This document shows, in pieces, positions 9,303 through 18,363 of a stretch of 64,000 bases of DNA. The stretch spans positions 11,578 to 75,577 of the forward strand of contig CAZTFU010000005.1 of NCBI GenBank assembly GCA_964612925.1, given 5' to 3'. A model generated the notes under the pieces. It saw only the letters and a program-made list of their open reading frames with translations, had not been told where the DNA came from and did not search any database. Numbering within the stretch: the stretch's first letter is position 1; each line of letters starts with the position of its first letter. The position numbers and the translations under genes were made by a program. This stretch comes from an uncultured Clostridium sp. (GTDB lineage: Bacteria; Bacillota; Clostridia; Christensenellales; CAG-138).

Positions 9303-10997
9303 ATGGAAACCAAAGAATATATGCTCATAGACGGCAATCCCGTTGAGATAAACGGTGAGAAGAATCTGCTTGAAGTAATACGCAAGGCCGGCATAGAACT
9401 GCCCACTTTCTGTTACCACAGCGAACTTTCCGTATATGGCGCATGCCGTATGTGCATGGTTGAAAACAGCCATGGCGGTATGGAAGCCGCATGTTCCACC
9501 GTGCCCAAGGCGGGTATGGAAATCTACACCAACACCGAAAGGTTGCATAAGCACCGCAAGATGATACTTGAGCTGCTGCTTGCAAACCATTGCCGCGATT
9601 GCACCACCTGCCAGAAGAACGGCAAGTGCCGCCTGCAGGAGCTTGCAAGCCTGTTCGGAATTGACCACATTCGCTTTAAGAATCTCAAGCCCGAACCCGA
9701 GCTTGATACTTCAAGTCTCAGCATTGTACGCGATGCCCATAAGTGCATACTTTGCGGCGACTGCGTGCGTATGTGCAACGAGGTTCAGAATGTCGGTGCA
9801 ATAGACTTTGTATATCGCGGTTCCAAGATGGTTATAGGTCCCGCATTCAACGAGCCTATCGCCAACTCTCCCTGCGTGGGCTGCGGTCAGTGTGCCGCGG
9901 TCTGCCCCACCGGTGCAATAGTTATCCGCAAGGATACCAGCCGCGTATGGCCCGAGCTTAACGATAAGAACACAAAGGTCGTGGCTCAGGTAGCACCCGC
10001 CGTGCGCGTTGCCATAGCCAAGGAATTCGGTCTGCCCGAAAGCGAAAACTCCATGGGCCGCATAACTGCCGCACTGCGTCGTCTTGGTTTTGACGAAGTA
10101 TATGACACCGCCACCGGTGCCGACCTTACCGTGCTTGAAGAATCCAACGAGTTCCTCCAGCGCATTGAAGCCGGCGAGAATCTGCCCCTTATAACCAGCT
10201 GCTGCCCCGCATGGATACAGTATTGCGAAAAGAACCATCCGGAGCTGATGAAGAACATATCCACCTGCAAGTCCCCCATGCAGATGTTCTCCTCTGTTAT
10301 AAAAGCAAAATACGAAACTTCTTCAAGGCGCGTCGTATGCGTGGCGGTAATGCCCTGCACGGCCAAGAAGTTCGAATGTGCCCGCGAAGAATTCATGCAT
10401 GACGGCGTACCCGAAACCGATTACGTCATCACCACGCAGGAGCTTATTCAGATGATACACAAGGCCGGTATCGCCTTTGACGAGCTTGAGCCCGAAGCGG
10501 TTGATTCCGTGTTCAGCACCAACACCGGCGCAGGCGTTATATTCGGCGTGACCGGCGGCGTGACCGAAGCGGTGCTCCGCAGGCTTTCTACCGACAAGAG
10601 CAACAAGGCGCTTATGTCCATAGCGTTCAACAACGTGCGCGGCATGAAGGGCGTTAAGGAAGCGGTTATTCCTTATGGCGGTAAGGAAGTGCGCATTGCC
10701 ATAGTAAGCGGTCTCAAGAATGCCGAAAACATTATTCAGGCCATGAAGAACGGCACGCATTATGACTTTATAGAGGTCATGGCTTGCCCCGGCGGTTGCG
10801 TTGCCGGCGGCGGTCAGCCCTTTGGCAACAATGCCACTAAGGAAGTTCGCGGCAAGGCCCTTTACAGCGCGGACAAGATGCTGAGCATAAAGCGCAGCGA
10901 AGAAAACCCGCTTATGATGAGCCTGTATGACGGAGTGCTCAAAGGTCGCGTACACGAGCTACTGCATGTGCATTACGGCCACAAGGAGGAAGAATAA
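9303..10997 (+). CDS. hydA: [FeFe]-hydrogenase catalytic subunit (group A3, trimeric bifurcating type)
   Basis: N-terminal 2Fe-2S (CYHSELSVYGACRMC), then HCRDCTTCQKNGKC, then two ferredoxin motifs (CILCGDCVRMC, CVGCGQCAAVCP). The canonical H-cluster motifs are TSCCPAW, MPCTAKKFE and EVMACPGGCVAGGGQP. Confidence 0.93.
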   Translation: METKEYMLIDGNPVEINGEKNLLEVIRKAGIELPTFCYHSELSVYGACRMCMVENSHGGMEAACSTVPKAGMEIYTNTERLHKHRKMILELLLANHCRDCTTCQKNGKCRLQELASLFGIDHIRFKNLKPEPELDTSSLSIVRDAHKCILCGDCVRMCNEVQNVGAIDFVYRGSKMVIGPAFNEPIANSPCVGCGQCAAVCPTGAIVIRKDTSRVWPELNDKNTKVVAQVAPAVRVAIAKEFGLPESENSMGRITAALRRLGFDEVYDTATGADLTVLEESNEFLQRIEAGENLPLITSCCPAWIQYCEKNHPELMKNISTCKSPMQMFSSVIKAKYETSSRRVVCVAVMPCTAKKFECAREEFMHDGVPETDYVITTQELIQMIHKAGIAFDELEPEAVDSVFSTNTGAGVIFGVTGGVTEAVLRRLSTDKSNKALMSIAFNNVRGMKGVKEAVIPYGGKEVRIAIVSGLKNAENIIQAMKNGTHYDFIEVMACPGGCVAGGGQPFGNNATKEVRGKALYSADKMLSIKRSEENPLMMSLYDGVLKGRVHELLHVHYGHKEEE

Positions 10998-11252
10998 ATG
11001 TTGGAAGTGAAGGTCTGCATAGGCACCTCCTGCCACCTGCGCGGTTCCTACAATGTTATGATGAGCTTCAAACAGCTTATCGAACAGTACGGCCTGCATG
11101 ACAAGATCAACCTTGCCGGCCAGTTCTGCACGGGCAACTGTCAAAACGGCGTGTGCGTAACCATCGGCTCCACGGGTTACGGTGTTTCTCCCGAGAGTGC
11201 AAGTGCATTCTTCAAAGAACACATTCTGCCCTTGGCCGAAAGGGAACAATAA
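10998..11252 (+). CDS. small thioredoxin-like [2Fe-2S] ferredoxin (second copy)
   Basis: 84 aa. The ATG immediately follows the hydA TAA. It has the same Cys layout as ORF 3775..4020 (CIGTSCH ... FCTGNCQ) and alignable flanking residues. Confidence 0.75.
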   Translation: MLEVKVCIGTSCHLRGSYNVMMSFKQLIEQYGLHDKINLAGQFCTGNCQNGVCVTIGSTGYGVSPESASAFFKEHILPLAEREQ

Positions 11253-11266
11253 TCGTATTATTCTGT

Positions 11267-11296
11267 AAGGACGGGTGCATACCCGTCCTTATTTCA
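11267..11296 (+). terminator. intrinsic terminator after the hydrogenase operon
   Basis: Perfect 10-bp stem AAGGACGGGT/ACCCGTCCTT with loop GCAT, followed by ATTTCATT (a weak U tract). Confidence 0.55.
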
Positions 11297-11526
11297 TTCA
11301 TAATAACGCTTGTGCACAGTGCATCGGCTCATGCTTGGTTTTGACGGAATGTCTCGGCTTGCGGCTACGCGGCAATTCCTTCCGTGTGCGGTTTATTGGC
11401 TTATACGGTCATATAATGCTTGATTTTGCGCCTGCACTGCGTTATTATTAACAGTGGTAATTATGGCTTGCACGCAGGGCATCCATGTGCTTCCCTGCGC
11501 ACAATAAATTAAGGAGAAAAGGGACA

Positions 11527-12381
11527 ATGTACCAAATTGTTAACAAACAGAACCTTAACCCAACAGTCACTCTTATGGATATCAAAGCTCCATTCGTGGC
11601 TGCCAAAGCCGAAGCGGGTCAGTTTATAATACTGCGCGTGGATGCTGACGGCGAGCGTATACCGCTCACCATTGCGGGTTATGATCGTCAGAACGGCACC
11701 GTAAGGATAATATTCCAGATAGTCGGCGCCACTACCGAAAAGCTGAACCATCTTAACGTTGGCGATAGCATACATGACTTTGTCGGCCCCCTCGGTGTCG
11801 CAACCAAGCTTGACGGTCTTAAAAAGGTTTGCATAGTCGGCGGCGGCGTCGGCTGCGCAATAGCACTGCCCATCGCGCAGAAGCTCCATGAAATGGGCGC
11901 AAACGTAACCAGCGTTATAGGCTTCCGCTCAAAGGATATAGTTATACTTGAAGATGATTTCCGCGCCGTATCGGACAAGATGTTCCTTATGACGGATGAC
12001 GGTTCCTACGGTCGTCACGGTAACGTGTGTGTGCCGCTCAACGAAATGTTTGCCGAGGGCGAAACATTCGATGAAGTCATAACCATCGGTCCGTTGATAA
12101 TGATGAAATTCGTTGTTAAGGCCACTCAGCCCACCGGTATCCCCTGCACCGTTTCGATGAACCCCATTATGGTTGACGGTACGGGCATGTGCGGCGGTTG
12201 CCGCCTTACTCTGCACCGCAACGGTGAAACCATAACCAAGTTCGCCTGTGTTGACGGTCCCGACTTCAACGGTTATGAAGTTGACTTTGATGAGGCCATG
12301 TCCCGCGGAACAACATACAAGGAATTCGAACGCGCAGCGCATGAGCATGTATGCAATCTGTTTAAGCAGGAGGTAAAATAA
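11527..12381 (+). CDS. nfnA: NADH-dependent reduced ferredoxin:NADP+ oxidoreductase small subunit (NfnA / sulfide dehydrogenase-like FAD/2Fe-2S protein)
   Basis: Track ORF 11485..12381. The start is moved to ATG 11527 behind AAGGAG (11511). The sequence fits a ferredoxin-reductase-type fold (MYQIVNKQNLNPTVTLMDIKAPFVA..., GGGVGCAIALP) with C-terminal 2Fe-2S cysteines (MCGGCRL ... CVDGP). Confidence 0.8.
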   Translation: MYQIVNKQNLNPTVTLMDIKAPFVAAKAEAGQFIILRVDADGERIPLTIAGYDRQNGTVRIIFQIVGATTEKLNHLNVGDSIHDFVGPLGVATKLDGLKKVCIVGGGVGCAIALPIAQKLHEMGANVTSVIGFRSKDIVILEDDFRAVSDKMFLMTDDGSYGRHGNVCVPLNEMFAEGETFDEVITIGPLIMMKFVVKATQPTGIPCTVSMNPIMVDGTGMCGGCRLTLHRNGETITKFACVDGPDFNGYEVDFDEAMSRGTTYKEFERAAHEHVCNLFKQEVK

Positions 12382-12382
12382 A

Positions 12383-13768
12383 ATGCCTAACATGAACCCC
12401 AAGAAAAACCCCATGCCCTCGCAGAAGCCCGATGTTCGCAACCACAATTTCAAAGAGGTTGCACTCGGTTACACCGAGGAAATCGCTCTTGACGAAGCGG
12501 CCCGCTGCCTTAACTGCAAGAATATGCCCTGCGTGAACGGCTGCCCCGTAAACATACACATTCCCGAGTTTATAGCCAAAATACGCGAACTTGACTTCGA
12601 GGGCGCATATCAGGTCATATCCCGCGATTCCAGCTTGCCCGCAGTTTGCGGCCGTGTTTGCCCGCAGGAGACTCAGTGTGAATCCAAGTGCGTGCGCGGC
12701 ATAAAGGGTGAACCCGTGGGCATAGGCCGCCTTGAACGCTTTGTTGCCGACTGGCACAATGCACATTCCTCCGTTCTTTCCGAAATCCCCGCCCAGAACG
12801 GCCACAAGGTCGCAATAGTCGGCAGCGGTCCTTCGGGCCTTACCTGCGCGGGCGATCTTGCACGCAAGGGCTACAAGGTCAGCGTATTTGAAGCACTGCA
12901 TACCGCAGGCGGCGTGCTTGTATACGGCATACCCGAATTCCGTCTGCCCAAGGCCATTGTTCAGAAGGAAATCGACAATCTCAGCGCACTTGGCGTTGAT
13001 GTTGAAACCAACATGGTCATAGGCAAGACCCTTACGATAGATGAGCTGTTCGATATGGGTTATGAGGCTGTGTTCATCGGCTCCGGCGCAGGTCTTCCCA
13101 TGTTCATGAACATTCCCGGTGAAAACCTGAAGGGTGTTTACTCTGCCAACGAGTTCCTTACCCGTATCAACCTTATGAAAGCATACCGCGAAGGCAGTGA
13201 CACTCCCATTATGCATGGCAAGCGCGTTGCGGTAGTCGGCGGCGGTAACGTTGCAATGGATGCCGCACGCTGTGCAAGAAGGCTTGGCGCGGACGTTAAG
13301 ATAGTTTATCGCCGCAGTGAGAGCGAACTGCCCGCAAGGCGTGAGGAAGTTGAACATGCCAAGGAAGAGGGCATTGAATTCTGCTTGCTGACCACTCCCC
13401 TTTCAATAAAGGGTGATGACAAGTTCTGCGTTGCCGCCATGAATTGCCAGAAGATGGAGCTTGGCGAACCCGATGCTTCCGGCCGTCGTCGTCCCATGCC
13501 GATAGAGGGCAGTGAATACGATATAGACGTTGACTGCGTGATAATGGCACTTGGCACTTCCCCCAACCCGCTCATCAAGTCCACAACAAAGGGTCTTGAC
13601 GTTAACCGCAAGGGCGGCATAATAGTTGAGGAAAACACCGGTAAGACCAGCCGTGAGGCCGTTTATGCCGGCGGTGATGCCGTAACGGGCGCAGCTACCG
13701 TTATATCCGCAATGGGTGCTGGCAAAACCGCGGCCAAGGCGATAGACGAATACCTCAGCGCAAAATAA
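12383..13768 (+). CDS. nfnB: NfnB / GltD-like NADPH-dependent oxidoreductase (2x 4Fe-4S, FAD)
   Basis: CLNCKNMPCVNGCP and VCGRVCPQETQCESKCVRG cluster motifs, dinucleotide fold VAIVGSGPSGLTCAG, and VAVVGGGNVAMDAAR. The start lies 1 nt after the nfnA stop. Confidence 0.85.
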   Translation: MPNMNPKKNPMPSQKPDVRNHNFKEVALGYTEEIALDEAARCLNCKNMPCVNGCPVNIHIPEFIAKIRELDFEGAYQVISRDSSLPAVCGRVCPQETQCESKCVRGIKGEPVGIGRLERFVADWHNAHSSVLSEIPAQNGHKVAIVGSGPSGLTCAGDLARKGYKVSVFEALHTAGGVLVYGIPEFRLPKAIVQKEIDNLSALGVDVETNMVIGKTLTIDELFDMGYEAVFIGSGAGLPMFMNIPGENLKGVYSANEFLTRINLMKAYREGSDTPIMHGKRVAVVGGGNVAMDAARCARRLGADVKIVYRRSESELPARREEVEHAKEEGIEFCLLTTPLSIKGDDKFCVAAMNCQKMELGEPDASGRRRPMPIEGSEYDIDVDCVIMALGTSPNPLIKSTTKGLDVNRKGGIIVEENTGKTSREAVYAGGDAVTGAATVISAMGAGKTAAKAIDEYLSAK

Positions 13769-13802
13769 GCCGCTATAAGGCTGAATCAAACATTGCACTT
13801 AT

Positions 13803-13840
13803 GCCGGGCGGTCGCATTACCGTCCGGCTTATTTATTTTG
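13803..13840 (+). terminator. intrinsic terminator after nfnAB
   Basis: Hairpin GCCGGGCGG-tcgcatta-CCGTCCGGC (one mismatch) followed by TTATTTATTTTG. Confidence 0.6.
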
Positions 13841-13919
13841 TTGTATCCTGCCGCAATTATATGTATAATCAGATATAAGGGTGAGCGCATGTGCTCATCG
13901 GAAAGAGGAAATCGATAAT

Positions 13920-16295
13920 TTGGAACAGTTTACGCTTGAAAGAGAAATGAAGCTGCCTGCAGTACCGCTCCGCGGACTTGTTATGATGCCGGGCGAGCTT
14001 TTGCATTTTGACATAGGACGAGAAGAAAGCCGCCGCGCCGCAATGGCCGCAGACAAAAAGGATTCCATTCTTTTCCTTGCCGCACAGAAGGACGGCGCGA
14101 AAACCAGCGTTAAGGCGGAAGATATGCATGAAATGGGCGTTATATGCCGCATACGGCAAACCGTGAGTATGCCTGCGGGAATAATGCGCGTGCTTGTGCT
14201 CGGACTTTGCCGCGCCCGTATAATCGGTGCCCAATACGGCAGTTACATGACCGTAACCGTTGAAACGACATTGGATGAATCGGGTGAGCCGTTCACAGCC
14301 GAGGCATTGCGCCGCAGGATAGATTCCGTATTCGGTGAATATGTTTTGCTTTCGGGCAGAATAAATGCCGAATCCGCCGAGGCCATACGCAGGATTGAAG
14401 ATGCGGGGCAGTATGCCGATGCCGTTGCAAACGCGGCATTTATAAAGGCCGATTCGCGTCAAGCGGTGCTTGGCGCCATAAACGTTGAACAAAGGTTGAA
14501 GCTTGTGCTCTCTACGCTTACTGATGAGGTTGAAATCAGCCGTGCCGATAAGCGCATTGCGGCAGAGGTAAAGCGCAGTATGGACAAAAACCAGCGTGAA
14601 TACTATCTGCACGAGCAAATTAAGGCAATACGCAAGGAACTTGGCGAAACGGAGCAGGATGAGGCCGCAGAATACATGGAAAAGCTGAAGGCAAAGTCCA
14701 TGCCGCCCGCCATACGCGAAAAGCTTGAACGCGAAATAAACCGTTTCCGCGACCTGCCCGCCGCATCGCACGAACAGCCGCAAATGCGCAACTATATAGA
14801 ATGCATGCTTGAACTGCCGTGGACGGAAGAAACTCAAGACGATCTTAATATAGACCATGCGCGTGAGGTGCTGGACAATGATCATTTCGGCATGGAAAAG
14901 GTTAAGCAGCGCATACTCGAGCACATTGCGGTGGCAAGGCTTACCGGCAAGGTAAACGGGCAGATAATCTGCTTTGTCGGGCCGCCGGGCGTGGGTAAAA
15001 CCAGCATAGCATCAAGCATAGCGCGCGCACTCGGCCGCAATTTTGTAAGGATGAGCCTTGGCGGTATACACGACGAGGCCGAAATTCGCGGCCACCGCCG
15101 CACATATATCGGTGCAATGCCGGGGCGCGTTATTGCGGCAATGCGTCAAGCGGGAAGCATAAATCCGCTGTTGCTTTTTGACGAGATAGACAAGCTTACC
15201 GCGGATATGCGCGGTGACCCCGCCGCGGCCATGCTCGAAGTGCTTGACAGTGCGCAGAATTTCGCATTCCGCGATCATTTTCTTGAGCAGGAATATGATC
15301 TTTCAAAGGTAATGTTCATAACAACGGCAAACGACCGCAATGCCATACCAAAGCCCCTGCTTGACAGGATGGAGCTTATCGAGCTTAGCGGCTACCTTGA
15401 AACGGAAAAGGTCGAAATAGCAAAGCGTCACCTTATACCGAAACAGCTTGAAAAGCACGGTCTTAAAAGGAGTCAGCTTTCCATCACCGACGATGCGCTT
15501 GTTGCCCTTATCCGCAATTATACGCACGAAGCAGGCGTAAGGGAGCTTGAGCGCGAAATAGCCGCCGTGTGCCGCAAGACAGCAATGGATATAGGCAATG
15601 GAAAGGTTCGTGTGCGCGTTGGCACGCAAAAGCTTGGTGCATATCTCGGTGTACCCAAATATGCGCACGGTGACATTGCCGCAGCAAACGAAATCGGCCT
15701 TGCAAACGGCCTTGCATGGACAAGCTTTGGCGGCGAAACACTGCAAATAGAAGTGCAGACTGTAAGGGGCTCGGGTCAGATAATTCTAACGGGCAAGCTT
15801 GGAGACGTTATGCAGGAAAGTGCGCGTGCGGCTTTGACATTTATAAAGGCTCATGCGGACGAATTCGGTATTGAGCTTCCATTTGACAAAACCGATCTTC
15901 ATCTGCACGTTCCCGAGGGTGCCGTGCCGAAGGACGGGCCAAGTGCCGGCATAACCATAATGACCGCAATGCTAAGCGCGCTTACAAAAATACCCGTGCG
16001 CTCCGATACGGCAATGACGGGCGAAATAACGTTGCGCGGGCGTGTGCTTGAAATAGGCGGACTTCGTGAAAAGCTGCTTGCCGCATATCGCGTTGGGGTC
16101 AAGCGTGTGCTTATACCGAGTTCCAACGAAAAGGATCTACATGATGTGCCGAACGAGGTTAAGGACGGCATTGAGATAATACCCGTATCCGACGCTTTTG
16201 AGGTCATAAGAAACACGCTTGAACATTATCCGCAACGCAACAATGCGGTTTGCGTACCGCAACAGGCTCAAAACGGCGTAAGCGCGGTTCAATAA
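13920..16295 (+). CDS. lon: ATP-dependent Lon protease (LonA type)
   Basis: Track ORF 13881..16295. Likely starts are TTG 13920 (9 nt after AGAGGA) or ATG 13947. Evidence is the LON N-domain LPAVPLRGLVMMPGELLHFDIGR, Walker A GPPGVGKTS, and proteolytic motif PKDGPSAGITIMTAM. Confidence 0.92.
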   Translation: MEQFTLEREMKLPAVPLRGLVMMPGELLHFDIGREESRRAAMAADKKDSILFLAAQKDGAKTSVKAEDMHEMGVICRIRQTVSMPAGIMRVLVLGLCRARIIGAQYGSYMTVTVETTLDESGEPFTAEALRRRIDSVFGEYVLLSGRINAESAEAIRRIEDAGQYADAVANAAFIKADSRQAVLGAINVEQRLKLVLSTLTDEVEISRADKRIAAEVKRSMDKNQREYYLHEQIKAIRKELGETEQDEAAEYMEKLKAKSMPPAIREKLEREINRFRDLPAASHEQPQMRNYIECMLELPWTEETQDDLNIDHAREVLDNDHFGMEKVKQRILEHIAVARLTGKVNGQIICFVGPPGVGKTSIASSIARALGRNFVRMSLGGIHDEAEIRGHRRTYIGAMPGRVIAAMRQAGSINPLLLFDEIDKLTADMRGDPAAAMLEVLDSAQNFAFRDHFLEQEYDLSKVMFITTANDRNAIPKPLLDRMELIELSGYLETEKVEIAKRHLIPKQLEKHGLKRSQLSITDDALVALIRNYTHEAGVRELEREIAAVCRKTAMDIGNGKVRVRVGTQKLGAYLGVPKYAHGDIAAANEIGLANGLAWTSFGGETLQIEVQTVRGSGQIILTGKLGDVMQESARAALTFIKAHADEFGIELPFDKTDLHLHVPEGAVPKDGPSAGITIMTAMLSALTKIPVRSDTAMTGEITLRGRVLEIGGLREKLLAAYRVGVKRVLIPSSNEKDLHDVPNEVKDGIEIIPVSDAFEVIRNTLEHYPQRNNAVCVPQQAQNGVSAVQ

Positions 16296-16308
16296 CGGAG
16301 GAATAGCG

Positions 16309-16911
16309 GTGGAAAAGTTTGATATCAAAAAGGCCGTCTTCGAAACGAGCGTAGGTCTTGGCGGAAAGTTCATCGAGGGTGGACCTCAAATAGCCATGGT
16401 CGGCCGTTCAAACGTGGGCAAATCAAGCCTTATAAACTCGCTGTGCAGAAACTCAAAGCTTGCACGAATTTCCGCGAGTCCCGGCAAGACAAGGCTTATA
16501 AACTATTTTAGAATAAATGACGCTTTTTACCTTGTGGACCTTCCCGGCTACGGTTATGCAAAGGTATCCAAAACAGAGCAGGAAAGCTGGGGCAGGCTTA
16601 TGGAAAGCTACCTTTCAAGCGGCAACGTCAGTCACATTTTTATGCTTATAGACATTCGTCATGAGCCTACCGCCGCCGATAAGCAAATGCTTGAATGGAT
16701 AATCTACTATGGCGTGCCGTATACACTGATTGCGACAAAGGCGGACAAGCTTGCCCGTTCAAAGCGTCAGCAAGCCGCAAACGCAAATGCAAAGCTGCTC
16801 GGTGCGCCGCCATGGGCGCTTTGCTACAGTGCCGAAAACGGAGACGGCCGCAATGAATTGCTTGCAAGAATAGGTGCCATTGTGAACGATACGGTTACGA
16901 TTTCGGAATAA
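16309..16911 (+). CDS. engB: ribosome-biogenesis GTPase YihA/YsxC (EngB)
   Basis: GTG start 7 nt after GGAGG. G1 motif GRSNVGKSSLINSL and DLPGYGYA. It follows lon, as in Bacillus lonA-ysxC. Confidence 0.9.
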   Translation: MEKFDIKKAVFETSVGLGGKFIEGGPQIAMVGRSNVGKSSLINSLCRNSKLARISASPGKTRLINYFRINDAFYLVDLPGYGYAKVSKTEQESWGRLMESYLSSGNVSHIFMLIDIRHEPTAADKQMLEWIIYYGVPYTLIATKADKLARSKRQQAANANAKLLGAPPWALCYSAENGDGRNELLARIGAIVNDTVTISE

Positions 16912-16945
16912 GACGCAAATAATGTGTACATTTTATATAAGCCAC

Positions 16946-16974
16946 TTGACATAACTATATGCCGTAAGCATAAT
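16946..16974 (+). promoter_or_regulatory. sigma-70-type promoter for the zinc-ribbon gene
   Basis: TTGACA (16946-16951), a 17-nt spacer, then CATAAT (16969-16974). Confidence 0.5.
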
Positions 16975-17012
16975 AGTGGAAGTAAAAACAAAACTTTGGA
17001 GGATGTGGCAAA

Positions 17013-17447
17013 ATGGCTTTGAGAAAATGCCCGCGCTGCGAACTGAATTATATAAAGGATGACGAAAAATACTGCAACGTATGTCGCCGTGAAATGAAGG
17101 GCGGCACAAGTGACGTTGACGACAGCATCAATATGTGCAGCGAATGCGGTGAAAATCCCGCCGTTAAGGGCAGTGACCTTTGCGCGATATGTTTAAGGGA
17201 GGCGCGCAGGCAGGAAAAGCAATCGGACAGCGTAAGCGCAACCATAAACGATCCCGATGATCTTGTACTTGGCGATGTTACGCTTGACGAAATGGAGGTT
17301 CCCATGCCCGTTGAGGGTGAAATACCCGAAAGCGAGCTTAACGAAATAGATAAAGAGCTTTCCTCGGATGATGATATCGATGAGGATGACGAGTTTGAAG
17401 ATGAAGCGGAATCGGAACCCGAAGCAAAACGAAGCAACAGAAAGTGA
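17013..17447 (+). CDS. zinc-ribbon protein with polyacidic C-terminal tail (function unknown)
   Basis: RBS GGAGGA upstream. Two CxxC pairs are present (CPRCELNYIKDDEKYCNVC, then CSECGENPAVKGSDLCAIC). The Asp/Glu-rich tail reads SSDDDIDEDDEFEDEAESEPE. Confidence 0.7.
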   Translation: MALRKCPRCELNYIKDDEKYCNVCRREMKGGTSDVDDSINMCSECGENPAVKGSDLCAICLREARRQEKQSDSVSATINDPDDLVLGDVTLDEMEVPMPVEGEIPESELNEIDKELSSDDDIDEDDEFEDEAESEPEAKRSNRK

Positions 17448-17456
17448 TATTGCCAG

Positions 17457-18161
17457 ATGAAGGTATTCGCCATAGGAGATCTGCATTTAAGCGGAAGTTC
17501 CAATAAGCCGATGGATGTTTTTGGTTCGACATGGATCGACCATCCGCAGCAAATAAGCTCCGCATGGCGTGAACGTGTAACCGAAAACGATATTGTGCTT
17601 ATCCCGGGGGATATCAGCTGGGCGATGCGGCTTGACGATGCAATATGCGATCTTGAATTCATAGGTGCGTTGCCCGGCACCAAGCTTATTTTAAGGGGAA
17701 ACCACGATTACTGGTGGAACGCACTCGGCAAGGTTCGTGCGGCATTGCCAAGCGGCTGTTACGCTTTGCAAAATGATTGTTTTTCATTCGGCGGTGTGTC
17801 CGTTTGCGGCAGCCGCGGCTGGGTCTGCCCAGGCTCCTCCGCTTATTCCGAAACCAAGGACAAAGCCATATACGAAAGGGAGCTTATCCGTTTAAGAATG
17901 AGTCTCAGTAAGTTACCCGAAAACACCGTGCGCATACTGATGCTGCACTTTCCCCCGTTTAATGAGCGGCGGCAGCCTTCGGGCTTTACGGCACTCGCCG
18001 AGGAATTCGGCATAAATAAGCTTATATATGCACACCTTCACAACAAGGCTTGCCTTAACGCTTTTGAGGGCGAACGCAACGGCATAGAATACTGTTTATG
18101 CTCCGCCGATCACCTTAAATTCATACCAAGGCTGATACTCGACACGGACGAGCTTGCCTAA
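17457..18161 (+). CDS. calcineurin-like metallophosphoesterase
   Basis: Motifs GDLHL, GDISW, GNHDYWW and HFPP. Confidence 0.8.
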   Translation: MKVFAIGDLHLSGSSNKPMDVFGSTWIDHPQQISSAWRERVTENDIVLIPGDISWAMRLDDAICDLEFIGALPGTKLILRGNHDYWWNALGKVRAALPSGCYALQNDCFSFGGVSVCGSRGWVCPGSSAYSETKDKAIYERELIRLRMSLSKLPENTVRILMLHFPPFNERRQPSGFTALAEEFGINKLIYAHLHNKACLNAFEGERNGIEYCLCSADHLKFIPRLILDTDELA

Positions 18162-18193
18162 AAAAATTATTTTTCAAAAATAAATTTTTCTGC

Positions 18194-18222
18194 TTGCATT
18201 TAGCTTTGTCACATGGTATAGT
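18194..18222 (+). promoter_or_regulatory. promoter of the uracil-permease leader (extended -10)
   Basis: TTGCAT (18194-18199), a 17-nt spacer, then TGg-TATAGT (18214-18222). Confidence 0.5.
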
Positions 18223-18266
18223 ATTCGGCAGAAAAAAATGCGGAAAGGAAAGGAGCAAGTTAAAGT

Positions 18267-18335
18267 ATGTTGAAACTTGTAGGTAGCAAGCCCATTATGA
18301 CCTTGTTTCTTTGTTCCCGATTTTTTCTTTTGTAG
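18267..18335 (+). CDS. candidate 22-codon leader peptide (MLKLVGSKPIMTLFLCSRFFLL)
   Basis: Own reading. AAGGAG (18250-18255) lies 11 nt before ATG 18267. The TAG stop at 18333-18335 sits 2 nt before the attenuator hairpin. The last codons lie in a T-rich run. Confidence 0.35.
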   Translation: MLKLVGSKPIMTLFLCSRFFLL

Positions 18336-18337
18336 TT

Positions 18338-18363
18338 GACGGATTTTTTGTCCGTCTTTTTTT
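18338..18363 (+). terminator. intrinsic terminator/attenuator in the uracil-permease leader
   Basis: Stem GACGGA(T)/(G)TCCGTC followed by seven T, located 68 nt upstream of the permease ATG. Confidence 0.6.

Noticed and set aside
11253-11526. Rex operator upstream of nfnAB (around GCGTTATTATTAACAG, ~11437-11452) and upstream of the hyd genes.
   Set aside because: Only one half-site (TTAACAG) resembles the consensus and the other half matches poorly, so this is not a supportable call.
12362-13357. Long ORFs antisense to real genes: 12362..13357(-), 13869..14924(-), 18620..19813(-), 20179..21360(+), 21790..23169(+), 27525..28448(+), 33916..34944(-), 41696..42379(+), 42713..43789(+), 46577..47443(+), 56330..57238(+), 59106..59942(+) and others.
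   Set aside because: Each lies fully opposite a gene with clear family motifs. Their translations are low-complexity or compositionally odd and match no family I recognise. They are shadow ORFs.
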